From NCBI GenBank assembly GCA_051747885.1, contig JBNJGR010000003.1, positions 1 to 55,446 on the forward strand: 55,446 bases of DNA, in the 5' to 3' direction. The DNA comes from Bacteroidota bacterium (GTDB lineage Bacteria > Bacteroidota > Bacteroidia > Bacteroidales > Prolixibacteraceae). A program made the position numbers and the translations under genes. Below, one piece after another: positions 38,391 to 48,296 of this stretch (position 1 is the first letter of the stretch; each line of letters opens with the position of its first letter). Under the pieces are notes generated by a model that was given only the letters and a program-made list of their open reading frames with translations, was not told the origin of the DNA and ran no database searches.

Positions 38391-40235
38391 ATGAAGCGCA
38401 TCTTTTTTTCTGTTTTAATTATCCTCATCACCCTGAATATTGTTTCGGGCCAGGTTCAACCCGAACGGGTGGAACCCATGTTTTGGTGGGCCGGAATGAA
38501 ATCGCCCGATTTGCAACTGATGGTTTACGGCGAAAACATTTCTGCAACCGATGTCTCATTGGAATATCCCGGCGTTGAATTGGTTGCTGTTTCGAAGGTT
38601 CAGAATCCGAATTATCTTTTCATCGATCTGAAACTTGCAGAAGATGTAAAGCCAGGAAGTTTCAACATTCTTTTTCAAAAAGAAAATGAAACAGAAGAAA
38701 CTTACAATTACGAATTAAAAGCCCGTGAAAAAGACTCGGCCAGCCGCAAAGGTTTCGATCAGTCGGATGTGATTTACCTGATTACCCCCGACCGTTTTGT
38801 GAACGGAAATCCGGAGAACGATCAGGTGGAAGGCATGAAAGAATTACCCGACCGCAGCGACCGCGACGGACGTCATGGCGGCGACATTCGTGGAATCATC
38901 AATTCGCTCGATTATTTGCAGGAAATGGGATTCACTGCTGTTTGGCTCAACCCGGTGCTCGAGAACAACATGACGCAGGTTTCGTACCACGGCTACTCCA
39001 CCACCGATTTTTACAACGTCGATCAGCGCTACGGTTCCAATGAAGAATACCGCGAACTGAACGACGAACTCGACAAACGCGGTATGAAACTGATTATGGA
39101 TATGATTTTTAACCATTGCGGATCGGAGCACTGGTGGATGGACGACATGCCAATGAATAACTGGATAAATAATTACCCGGATTATAAAATCACAACTCAC
39201 CGGCGCACGGTAAACCAGGACCCGCATGCTTCGGAATCGGATTATGAAGCGATGGTGGATGGCTGGTTTGTGCCCACCATGCCCGACCTGAACCAGGAAA
39301 ATAAGTTTTTGTCGACCTACCTCATTCAGAACAGTATTTGGTGGATCGAATATGTAGGACTGGAAGGAATCAGACAGGATACATGGCCCTATCCCGACAA
39401 ACACATGATGACTGAATGGACAAAGCGAGTATTGGAAGAATACCCGGATTTCAATATTGTAGGAGAAGAGTGGAGCCTCAATCCGGCCATTGTTTCATAC
39501 TGGCAAAAGGGTCAGAATAATTTTGACGGCTACAAATGCCACCTGCCGAGCCTCATGGATTTCCCGCTGCAAAATGCAGTAAGCCGCGCACTGACAAACG
39601 AAGAAGGCTGGGGATCGGGGCTAATTGAAATGTATGAAATGCTGGCCAACGACTTTTTGTATCCCGATCCGGATAATCTGGTTGTGTTTCCTGACAATCA
39701 TGACATGTCGCGATTTTTTGTACAGGTAGATGAAGATGTGGATTTGCTGAAAATGGGAGTTGCCTATTTTCTTACAACACGCGGCATTCCGCAATTGTAT
39801 TACGGAACAGAAGTTTTGATGTCGCACCCCGGCGATAATCACGGCGACATTCGCTCCGAATTTCCCGGCGGCTGGGCCGATCACGACGTAAATGCTTTCA
39901 CCGGCGAAGGTCTAACTATCCAACAGAAAGCGATGCAGCATTACCTTTCAACCATCCAAAACTGGCGGAAAAGCAAAGAGGTTATCCACCACGGCAAACT
40001 GATGCACTTTGTACCCGAAGAAGGCATTTATACTTATTTCCGTTACAATGAAAATGAGACAGTGATGGTAGTACTGAACAAAAACCGGGAGGAAAAAATG
40101 CTTTCAACAGAGCGATTCAAAGAAATTATTGAAGGTTATTCTTCGGGAAAAGAAATAATTACGTCCGCCATAATTTCTGACCTATCGGAAATAAAAGTCC
40201 CGGCAAAAGCGGCAATGATTATTGACCTGAAGTAG
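38391..40235 (+). CDS. GH13 cyclomaltodextrinase/neopullulanase (SusA-like), secreted or periplasmic
   Basis: RVEPMFWWAGM N-domain, DRFVNG, YHGY, GIRQDT, VGEEW, DNHD; signal peptide. Confidence 0.92.
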   Translation: MKRIFFSVLIILITLNIVSGQVQPERVEPMFWWAGMKSPDLQLMVYGENISATDVSLEYPGVELVAVSKVQNPNYLFIDLKLAEDVKPGSFNILFQKENETEETYNYELKAREKDSASRKGFDQSDVIYLITPDRFVNGNPENDQVEGMKELPDRSDRDGRHGGDIRGIINSLDYLQEMGFTAVWLNPVLENNMTQVSYHGYSTTDFYNVDQRYGSNEEYRELNDELDKRGMKLIMDMIFNHCGSEHWWMDDMPMNNWINNYPDYKITTHRRTVNQDPHASESDYEAMVDGWFVPTMPDLNQENKFLSTYLIQNSIWWIEYVGLEGIRQDTWPYPDKHMMTEWTKRVLEEYPDFNIVGEEWSLNPAIVSYWQKGQNNFDGYKCHLPSLMDFPLQNAVSRALTNEEGWGSGLIEMYEMLANDFLYPDPDNLVVFPDNHDMSRFFVQVDEDVDLLKMGVAYFLTTRGIPQLYYGTEVLMSHPGDNHGDIRSEFPGGWADHDVNAFTGEGLTIQQKAMQHYLSTIQNWRKSKEVIHHGKLMHFVPEEGIYTYFRYNENETVMVVLNKNREEKMLSTERFKEIIEGYSSGKEIITSAIISDLSEIKVPAKAAMIIDLK

Positions 40236-40416
40236 AAAAATAAATTATTTTCTTTGGTCGACTGTAGGAAATTACATGAAGTGTAACGGAAAAATGCCTT
40301 ATGTTACCACCCAATTTGCATCGTGTGGCATCATGGTTTTCTCCCCATTTTAGAAAGTGTGCTGAAAATTCGCTAAACTTGTGTTCAACCTTTTGAAGAA
40401 CAAAAAATCTTTACCA

Positions 40417-41631
40417 ATGAAACTGTTAAAACTCAATTTCAATTTTCGGCAAATAGCTGTCTTTGCATTTGCACTTGCAGTGTATTCATGCAATTCGCCG
40501 GCAGAAAAACAAAGCGACGAAAACCCTAAAGAAGACGAATATTACGTTGCTGCTTATGTGTGGCCATCGTGCCACCACGACGAGCGATTTGGCGATATGC
40601 TGTGGCCCGAAGGAACGGGCGAGTGGGAAATCATCAAAAAAGGAACGCCCCGTTTCGAGGGGCACTACCAGCCTAAAGTTCCGTTGTGGGGATACGAGTT
40701 GGATGATGACCCCAAAGTAATGGAAAAATGGATTGATTCGGCCACCGATCATGGTGTGAATGTATTCATTTTCGACTGGTACTGGTTCGATGAAGGTCCG
40801 TTTCTGGAAAGCTCGCTGAACAACGGATTTCTGAAAGCCAAAAACAGGGACAAAATGCAGTTTTACCTTATGTGGGCTAACCACGATGTGCGCCGTAACT
40901 ACTGGAACGTGCATAAGTTTACCGACGATACTTACATTATGTGGGAAGGAGCCGTTGACCGGGAAAACTTCGAAATTATTGTGGACCGCGTTATTCAAAA
41001 TTACTTCAGCCAACCCAACTATTTCAAAATCGACGGATGCCCGGTTTATTCGGTTTTCAGCATTTACAACCTGATTAAAAGTTTTGGCACGGTGGAAGAA
41101 ACCCGTGATGCCATCGATTATTTCAGGGAGAAAACAAAAGAAGCCGGATTTCCTGATCTTCATCTGCAACTGATAGTTTTTGAATCTCCCAACCAGCAAC
41201 TGCAACAGAACCTGGAAGCAATTGGAGTAAACAGTGTAACAAAATACAACTGGGGCGGACCTCATCCGGAAGATTACATCCGGTGGGGAACCGAGTCGAT
41301 GGAGCGCCGGGAGCAATGGGACGAAAAGGCCTCAATTCCATATTTCCCCAATGTTTCAATCGGCTGGGACGATTCGCCCCGCTTCCCACACAAGGGAAAA
41401 GAGGATGTGGTACATTACAACAAATCGCCCGAAAGTTTTGCCGCTTACATGCAAAAAGCCAAAGAGTTTTGCGATGAACATCCGGATCAACCCAATCTGA
41501 TTACCGTTTTTTCGTGGAACGAATGGATTGAAGGCGGCTATCTGTTGCCCGATGTGAAGTACGGGTTTGGCCATCTGGAAGCTGTAAAAAGGGTGATAAA
41601 AGGGAATTACAATCCAAATCCTTTGAAATAA
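40417..41631 (+). CDS. GH99-like (WbsX-type) domain lipoprotein
   Basis: Lipobox VYSC, VFIFDWYW, LMWANH, GWDDSPR, FSWNEWIEGGYLLPD. Confidence 0.75.
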   Translation: MKLLKLNFNFRQIAVFAFALAVYSCNSPAEKQSDENPKEDEYYVAAYVWPSCHHDERFGDMLWPEGTGEWEIIKKGTPRFEGHYQPKVPLWGYELDDDPKVMEKWIDSATDHGVNVFIFDWYWFDEGPFLESSLNNGFLKAKNRDKMQFYLMWANHDVRRNYWNVHKFTDDTYIMWEGAVDRENFEIIVDRVIQNYFSQPNYFKIDGCPVYSVFSIYNLIKSFGTVEETRDAIDYFREKTKEAGFPDLHLQLIVFESPNQQLQQNLEAIGVNSVTKYNWGGPHPEDYIRWGTESMERREQWDEKASIPYFPNVSIGWDDSPRFPHKGKEDVVHYNKSPESFAAYMQKAKEFCDEHPDQPNLITVFSWNEWIEGGYLLPDVKYGFGHLEAVKRVIKGNYNPNPLK

Positions 41632-41694
41632 AACCGACCTCACGCGGTCGAAATGATTAATTTCTCAAAAAAATGAAAAAAGTACTGAAAAAAT

Positions 41695-41722
41695 TAAACC
41701 TTTTTCGAAAAAATCTGTTTAA
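41695..41722 (+). promoter_or_regulatory. Possible ECF-sigma promoter
   Basis: TAAACC-N15-TGTTTAA resembles the AAC...GT layout of ECF promoters. Confidence 0.35.
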
Positions 41723-41726
41723 GTGA

Positions 41727-41831
41727 TTGAAAGAAATTATTTACCCCCCATACAGATGGTTTGGTTTTTGGTTTAGTTTAGGTTTAGGTTGATTGAGAAA
41801 AGGCTGGTTGTTGAACCGGCCTTTCTTTTTT
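41727..41831 (+). ncRNA. Candidate small RNA with GGTTTAG repeats
   Basis: GGTTTGGTTTTTGGTTTAGTTTAGGTTTAGGTTGATTG tract followed by a plus-strand terminator; no ORF noted. Confidence 0.5.
41798..41831 (+). terminator. Intrinsic terminator
   Basis: AAAGGCTGGTT-GTTG-AACCGGCCTTT-CTTTTTT; the U-G pair favours the plus strand. Confidence 0.75.
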
Positions 41832-42432
41832 ATCGTTTCATTATCCCGTAACACATTATTTTCAAAATAATATCGACACTGCGTTCCAGGTTAACCTCGC
41901 CATAATGCCCTGCTGAGAGTGGCATTTCAAGGCCTTTAATTGCAGTGGTAATTCCTATTGCTGCCAGGTTAAAATCGTAAATTTCAAATTCATTTTTACG
42001 TACACCTTCAATAAGAATTCGTTTTATCATTCTGATTTCATCCTGCTCGTAGCGGTGTTTAATGTCTTCAATAAACTCAACGGCTGTAACATCATTTTCA
42101 ATGGCATGGTAAAAATTGGCCAGGCTCCTGAAAGTTTTCAGTTTGGTAAGGATGTAATCGCGCAGTTTATCGACAGGGTCGGTATTTCTGTTAATTACAA
42201 TTTCCAGTTCGCGGGCCAAAATCTCAACCTCTTTCATAATAACGGCCTGAAAAAGATCTTCTTTACTTTCAAAATAGTAGTAAAGCGAGCTTTTCCCTTT
42301 ACGCACAGCATTGGCAATGTCGTCCAGCGTGGTTTTTTTGTAGCCGTATTTGCTAAAAATTTCACGGGCAATTTTAAGAATGTTCTCCCTGTTCAGATCT
42401 CTCTTGCTGCCGTTTTCAGAAGTGATTTGCAT
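41830..42432 (-). CDS. TetR/AcrR-family transcriptional regulator
   Basis: FSKYGYKKTTLDDIA...KSSLYYYFESKEDLF; TATATTTG at 42473-42466 implies a start downstream of 42468. Confidence 0.92.
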   Translation of the reverse strand: MQITSENGSKRDLNRENILKIAREIFSKYGYKKTTLDDIANAVRKGKSSLYYYFESKEDLFQAVIMKEVEILARELEIVINRNTDPVDKLRDYILTKLKTFRSLANFYHAIENDVTAVEFIEDIKHRYEQDEIRMIKRILIEGVRKNEFEIYDFNLAAIGITTAIKGLEMPLSAGHYGEVNLERSVDIILKIMCYGIMKR

Positions 42433-42575
42433 CTTAAGTTTGTTTTGCTGCATTAATACAGTTAGCAAATATAATTAATTATTTCACCTGCTAAACGCAT
42501 TGGAACTTTTTACTTTTACAGACGAATGGCTTCATGTTAATCGCCACTACCTGTAAATTCCTGAATACACAATCA

Positions 42576-44753
42576 TTAATATTCGAAATGGGATTCTTTT
42601 TCGTCTTCCACAAGCTGAAAATCAAGTTGTTTTCGTTCAAGATTTGTGCGCCATATTTTCACCTTTATGTCGGCTCCCAGCTGGTATGATTTATTTTTGT
42701 GGCGTCCTACCAGTGCATAATTTTTTTCATCAAAAACATAGAAATCGTCGTCCATCTCCCGAATGGGAACCATGCCTTCAATTTTATTTTCCAGTTCAAC
42801 AAAAATTCCAAAATCGGTAACTCCTGAAATCACCCCGACGTAATTTTCACCTACATGATCCTGCATAAATTCCACCTGTTTATATTTAATGGAGGCCCGC
42901 TCGGCATTCACAGCGCGCGCTTCCATGTCGGAAGAATGGCGACATAAATCTTCATATTTCTTTTCGCTGGCCGAATTGCCGCCCTCCAGGTATTTTTCGA
43001 GCAGGCGGTGAACCATCATGTCGGGGTAGCGTCGAATGGGAGACGTAAAGTGCGTGTAATAATCGAACGCAAGCCCGTAGTGGCCAATATTTCGTGTGGA
43101 ATAAACAGCTTTGGCCATGGTTCTGATTGCCAGTGTTTCCAACAGGTTTTGTTCTTTTTTCCCTTTCACATTCTGCATCAGGTTATTGATTGAAGTAGAA
43201 ATGGCTTTGGGCGTAGTCATTTGAATACCGTAACCAAAACGATGAATAAATGAATTGAACGATTCCAGCTTGTCGGCATCGGGTTTATCGTGAATTCGAT
43301 ACACAAAAGTTTTGGAGGTTTTATTTTTTCCTTTTTTGCCTATAAATTCTGCTACCCGTTTGTTGGCCAGCAGCATGAATTCTTCAATTAGCTCGTTGGC
43401 TTCCTCAGCCTGTTTAAAATAAACCGACAGTGGTTTGCCTTTTTCATCGATATTAAACTTTATTTCGATACGGTCGAACGCGATGGAACCTTTTTTGAAA
43501 CGTTCATACCGGAGTTTTATGGCCAAATCGTTCAAAGTCAGCAACTCATAAGCCAGTTCTCCTTCTCCTTTTTCAATTATTTCCTGTGCATCTTCGTAAG
43601 CAAACCTCCGGTTGGAGTGGATTACCGTTTTACCAAACCACTCTTTTTTAATACCTGCTTCTTCATTCATTTCAAAAACAGCCGAAAAGCAAAGTTTATC
43701 TTCGTTGGGCCGAAGAGAACAAACCCCGTTGGAAAGTCTTTCGGGAAGCATGGGAACAACCCTGTCCACCAGGTAAACGGAAGTTGCCCGGTCTCTGGCT
43801 TCATCTTCAATTATGGTGTTGGGTGTAACGTAATGCGTAACATCGGCAATATGGATGCCCACTTCCCAGTTCCCGTTACCAAGCTTCCGCAGTGAAAGTG
43901 CATCATCAAAATCTTTGGCATCGGCCGGGTCGATGGTAAAAGTGGTGACATCCCTGAAATCACGCCGTTTTTTGTATTCTTCTTTTGGAATTTCCAATGG
44001 AATTTTCTCCGCTGCTTTATCCACTTTTTCAGGAAAAATGTGCGGCAGTTCAAATTCGGCAAGAATGGCGTGCATTTCGGCATCGTTATCGCCGGTGTCG
44101 CCCAGTACTTCAACAATCTGACCAATTGGGCTGCGTGCTTTGGGCGGCCATTCAATAATTTCGGCAATAGCTTTCTGCCCGTTTCTTGCACCTTTCAGTT
44201 TTTCTTTCGGAATAAAAATATCGAAACTCACTTTTCCTGACGGCGCAAGGAATGCAAAGTTGCGCGACATTTCAACTGTTCCTACAAAATGTGTTTTTTC
44301 GCGTTCAACTATTTCAATAACCTCCCCTTCCAGGTCGTGTTTTTTGCGGCGGGCATACAACCTCACTTTTACTTTATCGCCCTCCATGGCGTGGTTGAGA
44401 TTACGCGACGAAACAAGTACCGGCCGGTCCATTTCTTCGCTGATAATATAGGCAAACCCCTGCGGCTGGAGTTCAACAACTCCGAAAATGGTCCCGGTTT
44501 TGGCTTTCAGCTTGTATTTTCCGCGCGAAACCTCATCAAGGTACTCGTCGTCTTTTAACTCTTGAAGAGCTACATTTACCAGCTGTCGTGTTTCATTATC
44601 CTTGATTCCCAACCACGAAGAAATTTGCTTGTAGTTTACTATTTTTCCGGTTTCTTCGTAAAGCATGGAGAGAATAATGCTTTTGAGTTTCTTTTTATTA
44701 AAAGTAACTGATTTTTTGAACTTCCGTTTTTGTTTATTCTTCTTTTTGGCCAT
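42576..44753 (-). CDS. rnr: Ribonuclease R
   Basis: FTIDPADAKDFDDALS, IEEFMLLAN, YTHFTSPIRRYPD, C-terminal S1 domain. Confidence 0.97.
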   Translation of the reverse strand: MAKKKNKQKRKFKKSVTFNKKKLKSIILSMLYEETGKIVNYKQISSWLGIKDNETRQLVNVALQELKDDEYLDEVSRGKYKLKAKTGTIFGVVELQPQGFAYIISEEMDRPVLVSSRNLNHAMEGDKVKVRLYARRKKHDLEGEVIEIVEREKTHFVGTVEMSRNFAFLAPSGKVSFDIFIPKEKLKGARNGQKAIAEIIEWPPKARSPIGQIVEVLGDTGDNDAEMHAILAEFELPHIFPEKVDKAAEKIPLEIPKEEYKKRRDFRDVTTFTIDPADAKDFDDALSLRKLGNGNWEVGIHIADVTHYVTPNTIIEDEARDRATSVYLVDRVVPMLPERLSNGVCSLRPNEDKLCFSAVFEMNEEAGIKKEWFGKTVIHSNRRFAYEDAQEIIEKGEGELAYELLTLNDLAIKLRYERFKKGSIAFDRIEIKFNIDEKGKPLSVYFKQAEEANELIEEFMLLANKRVAEFIGKKGKNKTSKTFVYRIHDKPDADKLESFNSFIHRFGYGIQMTTPKAISTSINNLMQNVKGKKEQNLLETLAIRTMAKAVYSTRNIGHYGLAFDYYTHFTSPIRRYPDMMVHRLLEKYLEGGNSASEKKYEDLCRHSSDMEARAVNAERASIKYKQVEFMQDHVGENYVGVISGVTDFGIFVELENKIEGMVPIREMDDDFYVFDEKNYALVGRHKNKSYQLGADIKVKIWRTNLERKQLDFQLVEDEKESHFEY

Positions 44754-44916
44754 TTATTTTCTTTTATATAAAGCAAGTTAAATTTTTTATCTGATTCATC
44801 CCAGCTTTTTGAATTATTCATTCCATTTTTTTAGCAAAACTAACCGGTATATTTAACAACCCTTAATATTCAATGTTTGCAGGAATTTGTATGTTTGTGG
44901 TTCGTTTTTTTATATA

Positions 44917-46884
44917 ATGAAAATACTTGACAAATTACCATATTTCATTGTGGCTGGTTTTGCCTGGATTGCAATCGTTTCGTCGTGTGCCAACCAGGGC
45001 ATGCCCACCGGTGGACCGCGCGACAGCATTCCCCCGGTGCTTGTGAGCACACAGCCCGAATACAAAGCTTTAAACTTTAGCGGAGAAGAAGTCCGGTTAA
45101 CGTTTAATGAATTTATTATTCCGGATGCCATTTCAGAAAAACTCGTGGTTTCCCCCCCGCTTGAAAGCCGTCCTTCTGTGCTGACCAAATCCAAAACATT
45201 GATTATACGGTTCAACGATGAATTAAAAGACAGTGTCACTTACTCCCTCGACTTTAAAAACTCTGTTGTTGACAATAATGAACGAAACGAACTGGAAAAC
45301 CTGCGCTTCTCATTTAGCACTGGAGATGTGTATGATTCACTGAGGGTTGCAGGTAAAGTAATGAACGGATTTAACCTTGAACCTGTAGAAGAATCGCTGG
45401 TAATGCTGCATAAAAACCTGCACGATTCTGCGGTTTATACGCTTCAGCCCAACTATATCGCAAAAACTGATGAAGAGGGAAACTTTCTGGTTTCGAACAT
45501 TGCCCCCGGTAAATACCATCTTTTTTCAATTACTGATTTGAATAACGATTTACGATATAACGAAGGTGCCGAAAAAATTGCTTTTGTCGATACACTTATT
45601 GTTCCCGAAGCCGAATTTTATGCAGAGGCCGATACACTAACACAAGGACTCGACTCGATGCTGATTGAAGGACACATCCATTTTTCACCCGATCCTGTCT
45701 TCATGCGCAATTTTACTGAGAACATATATGAGCAGTATGTAAAAAACGTTGAACGAGAATCAAAATACAAAAGCACTTTTGTTTTTAATGAAACGGTTAT
45801 TGACACGTTCGGCATCAGGCCACTTAATGCAGAAACCAAAGACTGGTATATACTGGAACCCAATGAAGAATTCGACTCGCTTACAGTTTGGATAGCAGAC
45901 ACAACACTGGCTGCAAACGATACCATTCCGGTTGAAATGTCCTATTATCAACTCGACTCATTGGAGCAGTTCTACCTGCAAACCGACACCGTTGAACTGA
46001 TTTTTACGGAGAAAAAAGAAGAATCAAAACGTGGCAGAAGAGGCAGAAGTGAGGATGATGAAGAGGAAGAAGGCCCCGAACCGATTCCGCAGTTTAACTG
46101 GACGACCAACCTCAGTTCATCGAACTTTGAATTAAATAACGATATTGTGCTGACCGCCCCGCAGCCACTGGCAGGAATCGACACTTCGGCTATGTTACTT
46201 TACCTGTCGCAAGACACGCTGCAAACACCTCTGAAATTCAAATTTGCTAAAGACACAACGGCCTGGAGAACTTACCACATTTCCTACAACTGGGAGCCGG
46301 AAACCAGTTACACGTTGCAAATTGATTCAGCAGCCTGTATAAATATTTACGGCATAACCAGCAAAGCACTTGAAAGCTCGTTTAAAACCAGGGCCGAAGA
46401 CTACTATGGTTCTATCAACCTTGAACTAAATAATGTGCCTGGTGAAATTTTGGTTCAGCTGCTTGAAAACACCGACAAAGAAGAGGTTATCAGAGAAATT
46501 AAGGCAAACGAAGACGGAACTGTTGTTTTCGATTTTCTTGCACCCGATAAATACAAAGTAAAAGTTATTTACGACCGAAACGGCAACGGGAAGTGGGACC
46601 CCGGAAGTTACCAGGATAAGTTTCAACCCGAGCTGGTCAGTTATATCAATGAAGTAATTAAGGTTCGCTCAAATTGGGAATGGAAACATGTTTGGGACCT
46701 GACACCCGATCCCATTTTCATTAAAGATATCAGGGATAAAGAACTGGAAGAGCAAAAACGAAAAGAAGCCGAGGAAGATGCAAGGCGCGAATCAGAACAG
46801 GGTACAAATCAACGGCAGCAAAATAATATGTTTGGCCCGGGTGGTGGTACTTCTCCGGGTTCGTTACAACCTACGGGAAGGTAA
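44917..46884 (+). CDS. Ig-like domain-containing lipoprotein
   Basis: Lipobox VSSC-AN..PTGGPRD..PP, DRNGNGKWDPG; TATGTTTG at 44890 supports the ATG at 44917. Confidence 0.8.
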   Translation: MKILDKLPYFIVAGFAWIAIVSSCANQGMPTGGPRDSIPPVLVSTQPEYKALNFSGEEVRLTFNEFIIPDAISEKLVVSPPLESRPSVLTKSKTLIIRFNDELKDSVTYSLDFKNSVVDNNERNELENLRFSFSTGDVYDSLRVAGKVMNGFNLEPVEESLVMLHKNLHDSAVYTLQPNYIAKTDEEGNFLVSNIAPGKYHLFSITDLNNDLRYNEGAEKIAFVDTLIVPEAEFYAEADTLTQGLDSMLIEGHIHFSPDPVFMRNFTENIYEQYVKNVERESKYKSTFVFNETVIDTFGIRPLNAETKDWYILEPNEEFDSLTVWIADTTLAANDTIPVEMSYYQLDSLEQFYLQTDTVELIFTEKKEESKRGRRGRSEDDEEEEGPEPIPQFNWTTNLSSSNFELNNDIVLTAPQPLAGIDTSAMLLYLSQDTLQTPLKFKFAKDTTAWRTYHISYNWEPETSYTLQIDSAACINIYGITSKALESSFKTRAEDYYGSINLELNNVPGEILVQLLENTDKEEVIREIKANEDGTVVFDFLAPDKYKVKVIYDRNGNGKWDPGSYQDKFQPELVSYINEVIKVRSNWEWKHVWDLTPDPIFIKDIRDKELEEQKRKEAEEDARRESEQGTNQRQQNNMFGPGGGTSPGSLQPTGR

Positions 46885-47101
46885 TTTCTAAAAAAACAAT
46901 GCGCCAACCTTACAATACATTGTTGTTTTTTGAATGAAATAAACTCACTTAATCATAGTTTTTTTATGTTGTTAAAACTAAACGACGTAAAATAATCGTT
47001 TTATATCAAAAATTGTGAATACCTTTATGTTGTCCTGATAATTTGATTACTGAAAAAATTTGTGGTATTTTTAAGAATTCCTTTTTTAACTTGGTTGTGC
47101 T

Positions 47102-47599
47102 ATGCAAAATACAAAAAATCCGCTCATCTTTATTGTAAACGACAGCACGGTTTACAAAAACCTCATCCTTGGTTATTTAAATTCAAAAGGCCTTAACAAT
47201 ATTAAAACTTTCCATAGTGGTGAGGAGTGCCTTAAGTCAATCCACCTGAAGCCCGATATTGTTGTATTGGATTATACTTTTGAAGGCATATCAGGACTGG
47301 AACTCATGAGAAAAGTGCATGCCGATCATCCCGAAATTGATTTTATTTTTCTGAGCGGACAAAATGATGTAGAAGTAGCCGTAAAAATCATGAAAAAAGG
47401 GGCGGCCGATTATATTGTGAAAAATGACCAGGCACCCCAACAGCTTTTGCGTTCTATCGAATATTTAGTTTCGGTTACCAAAAGTGAAAAAGTGAAAAAG
47501 GGATTTCAAATTGGAGTTATCGGCTTCTTTATTATGATGTTCCTGCTCATAATGATTATTATTCTGCTGACTATCTTCCTTGAAGATTTCAATTTTTAA
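47102..47599 (+). CDS. Receiver-domain protein with C-terminal transmembrane helix
   Basis: PDIVVLDY, IFLSGQ, GAADYIVK; tail IGVIGFFIMMFLLIMIIILLTIFL. Confidence 0.85.
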   Translation: MQNTKNPLIFIVNDSTVYKNLILGYLNSKGLNNIKTFHSGEECLKSIHLKPDIVVLDYTFEGISGLELMRKVHADHPEIDFIFLSGQNDVEVAVKIMKKGAADYIVKNDQAPQQLLRSIEYLVSVTKSEKVKKGFQIGVIGFFIMMFLLIMIIILLTIFLEDFNF

Positions 47600-47622
47600 A
47601 AAAATTCATACCCGTATAAAAT

Positions 47623-47655
47623 AAAAAAGCCGGAGAAGTTGCCCTCTCCGGCTTT
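47623..47655 (-). terminator. Intrinsic terminator between convergent genes, probably bidirectional
   Basis: AAAGCCGGAGA-AGTTGCCC-TCTCCGGCTTT with the longer A tract on the left. Confidence 0.75.
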
Positions 47656-47711
47656 AATATTACTGCTAAATTCAGTCAGTCATTTTAAAAATAACAAAAT
47701 TATTTTCTAAT

Positions 47712-48296
47712 CTACTTTACTAAATCATAAGTGTATTGGCTGTTGTTTGAGCTTAACACCACACGGTAAGTTCCTCTTTCCAGTTTTGAAAGATCGTACC
47801 CGGTTGCAATGTTAAAATCTTTACCCAACTCGGTTTCATATACCAGCCTGCTATTATCAAAAAACTTCAGCTTCAGTTTTTCCTGATCAAAATTGAGGTA
47901 AGATAATTGAAGCACATTATCGTTGTAGTTGAAATAAGGATCATAACGCATTTTTGATTCTCCTACAACAATACCATTGTTCGACACTTCAAAATTGTTC
48001 GACACTTTTGTGTCGTTTACTTTCAGGTTAAAAACATACTCTCCGGCTTCCAAACCTGCAAAATCGAAAACTTTACGGTAATCGGTCAATGCATTGCTGG
48101 TTTGTTTATAATAAACAATAGCACCGTTTCTGTCTTCAATGCTCATTTCAAACAAAGCCGGATTTTCGTTTAAAATAGATACTACTGCCCTATCGGCTGT
48201 AATAGGAGTTACACTCATTTTCGGTTTCTCTACGGCGGTGGTTATAGTGGCAACCGCTAATGCCATAACTGTAAATACTAATTTAATTGTTTTCAT
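47712..48296 (-). CDS. Secreted protein made of two tandem small beta-sandwich (T9SS-CTD-like) domains
   Basis: Signal peptide from ATG 48296; repeats FDFAGLEAGEYVFNL and YDLSKLERGTYRVVL. Confidence 0.65.
   Translation of the reverse strand: MKTIKLVFTVMALAVATITTAVEKPKMSVTPITADRAVVSILNENPALFEMSIEDRNGAIVYYKQTSNALTDYRKVFDFAGLEAGEYVFNLKVNDTKVSNNFEVSNNGIVVGESKMRYDPYFNYNDNVLQLSYLNFDQEKLKLKFFDNSRLVYETELGKDFNIATGYDLSKLERGTYRVVLSSNNSQYTYDLVK

Noticed and set aside
41758-41795. CRISPR array or telomere-like repeat in the GGTTTAG tract
   Set aside because: Only a few degenerate 5-7 nt units, no spacers, no cas genes; treated as an RNA motif instead
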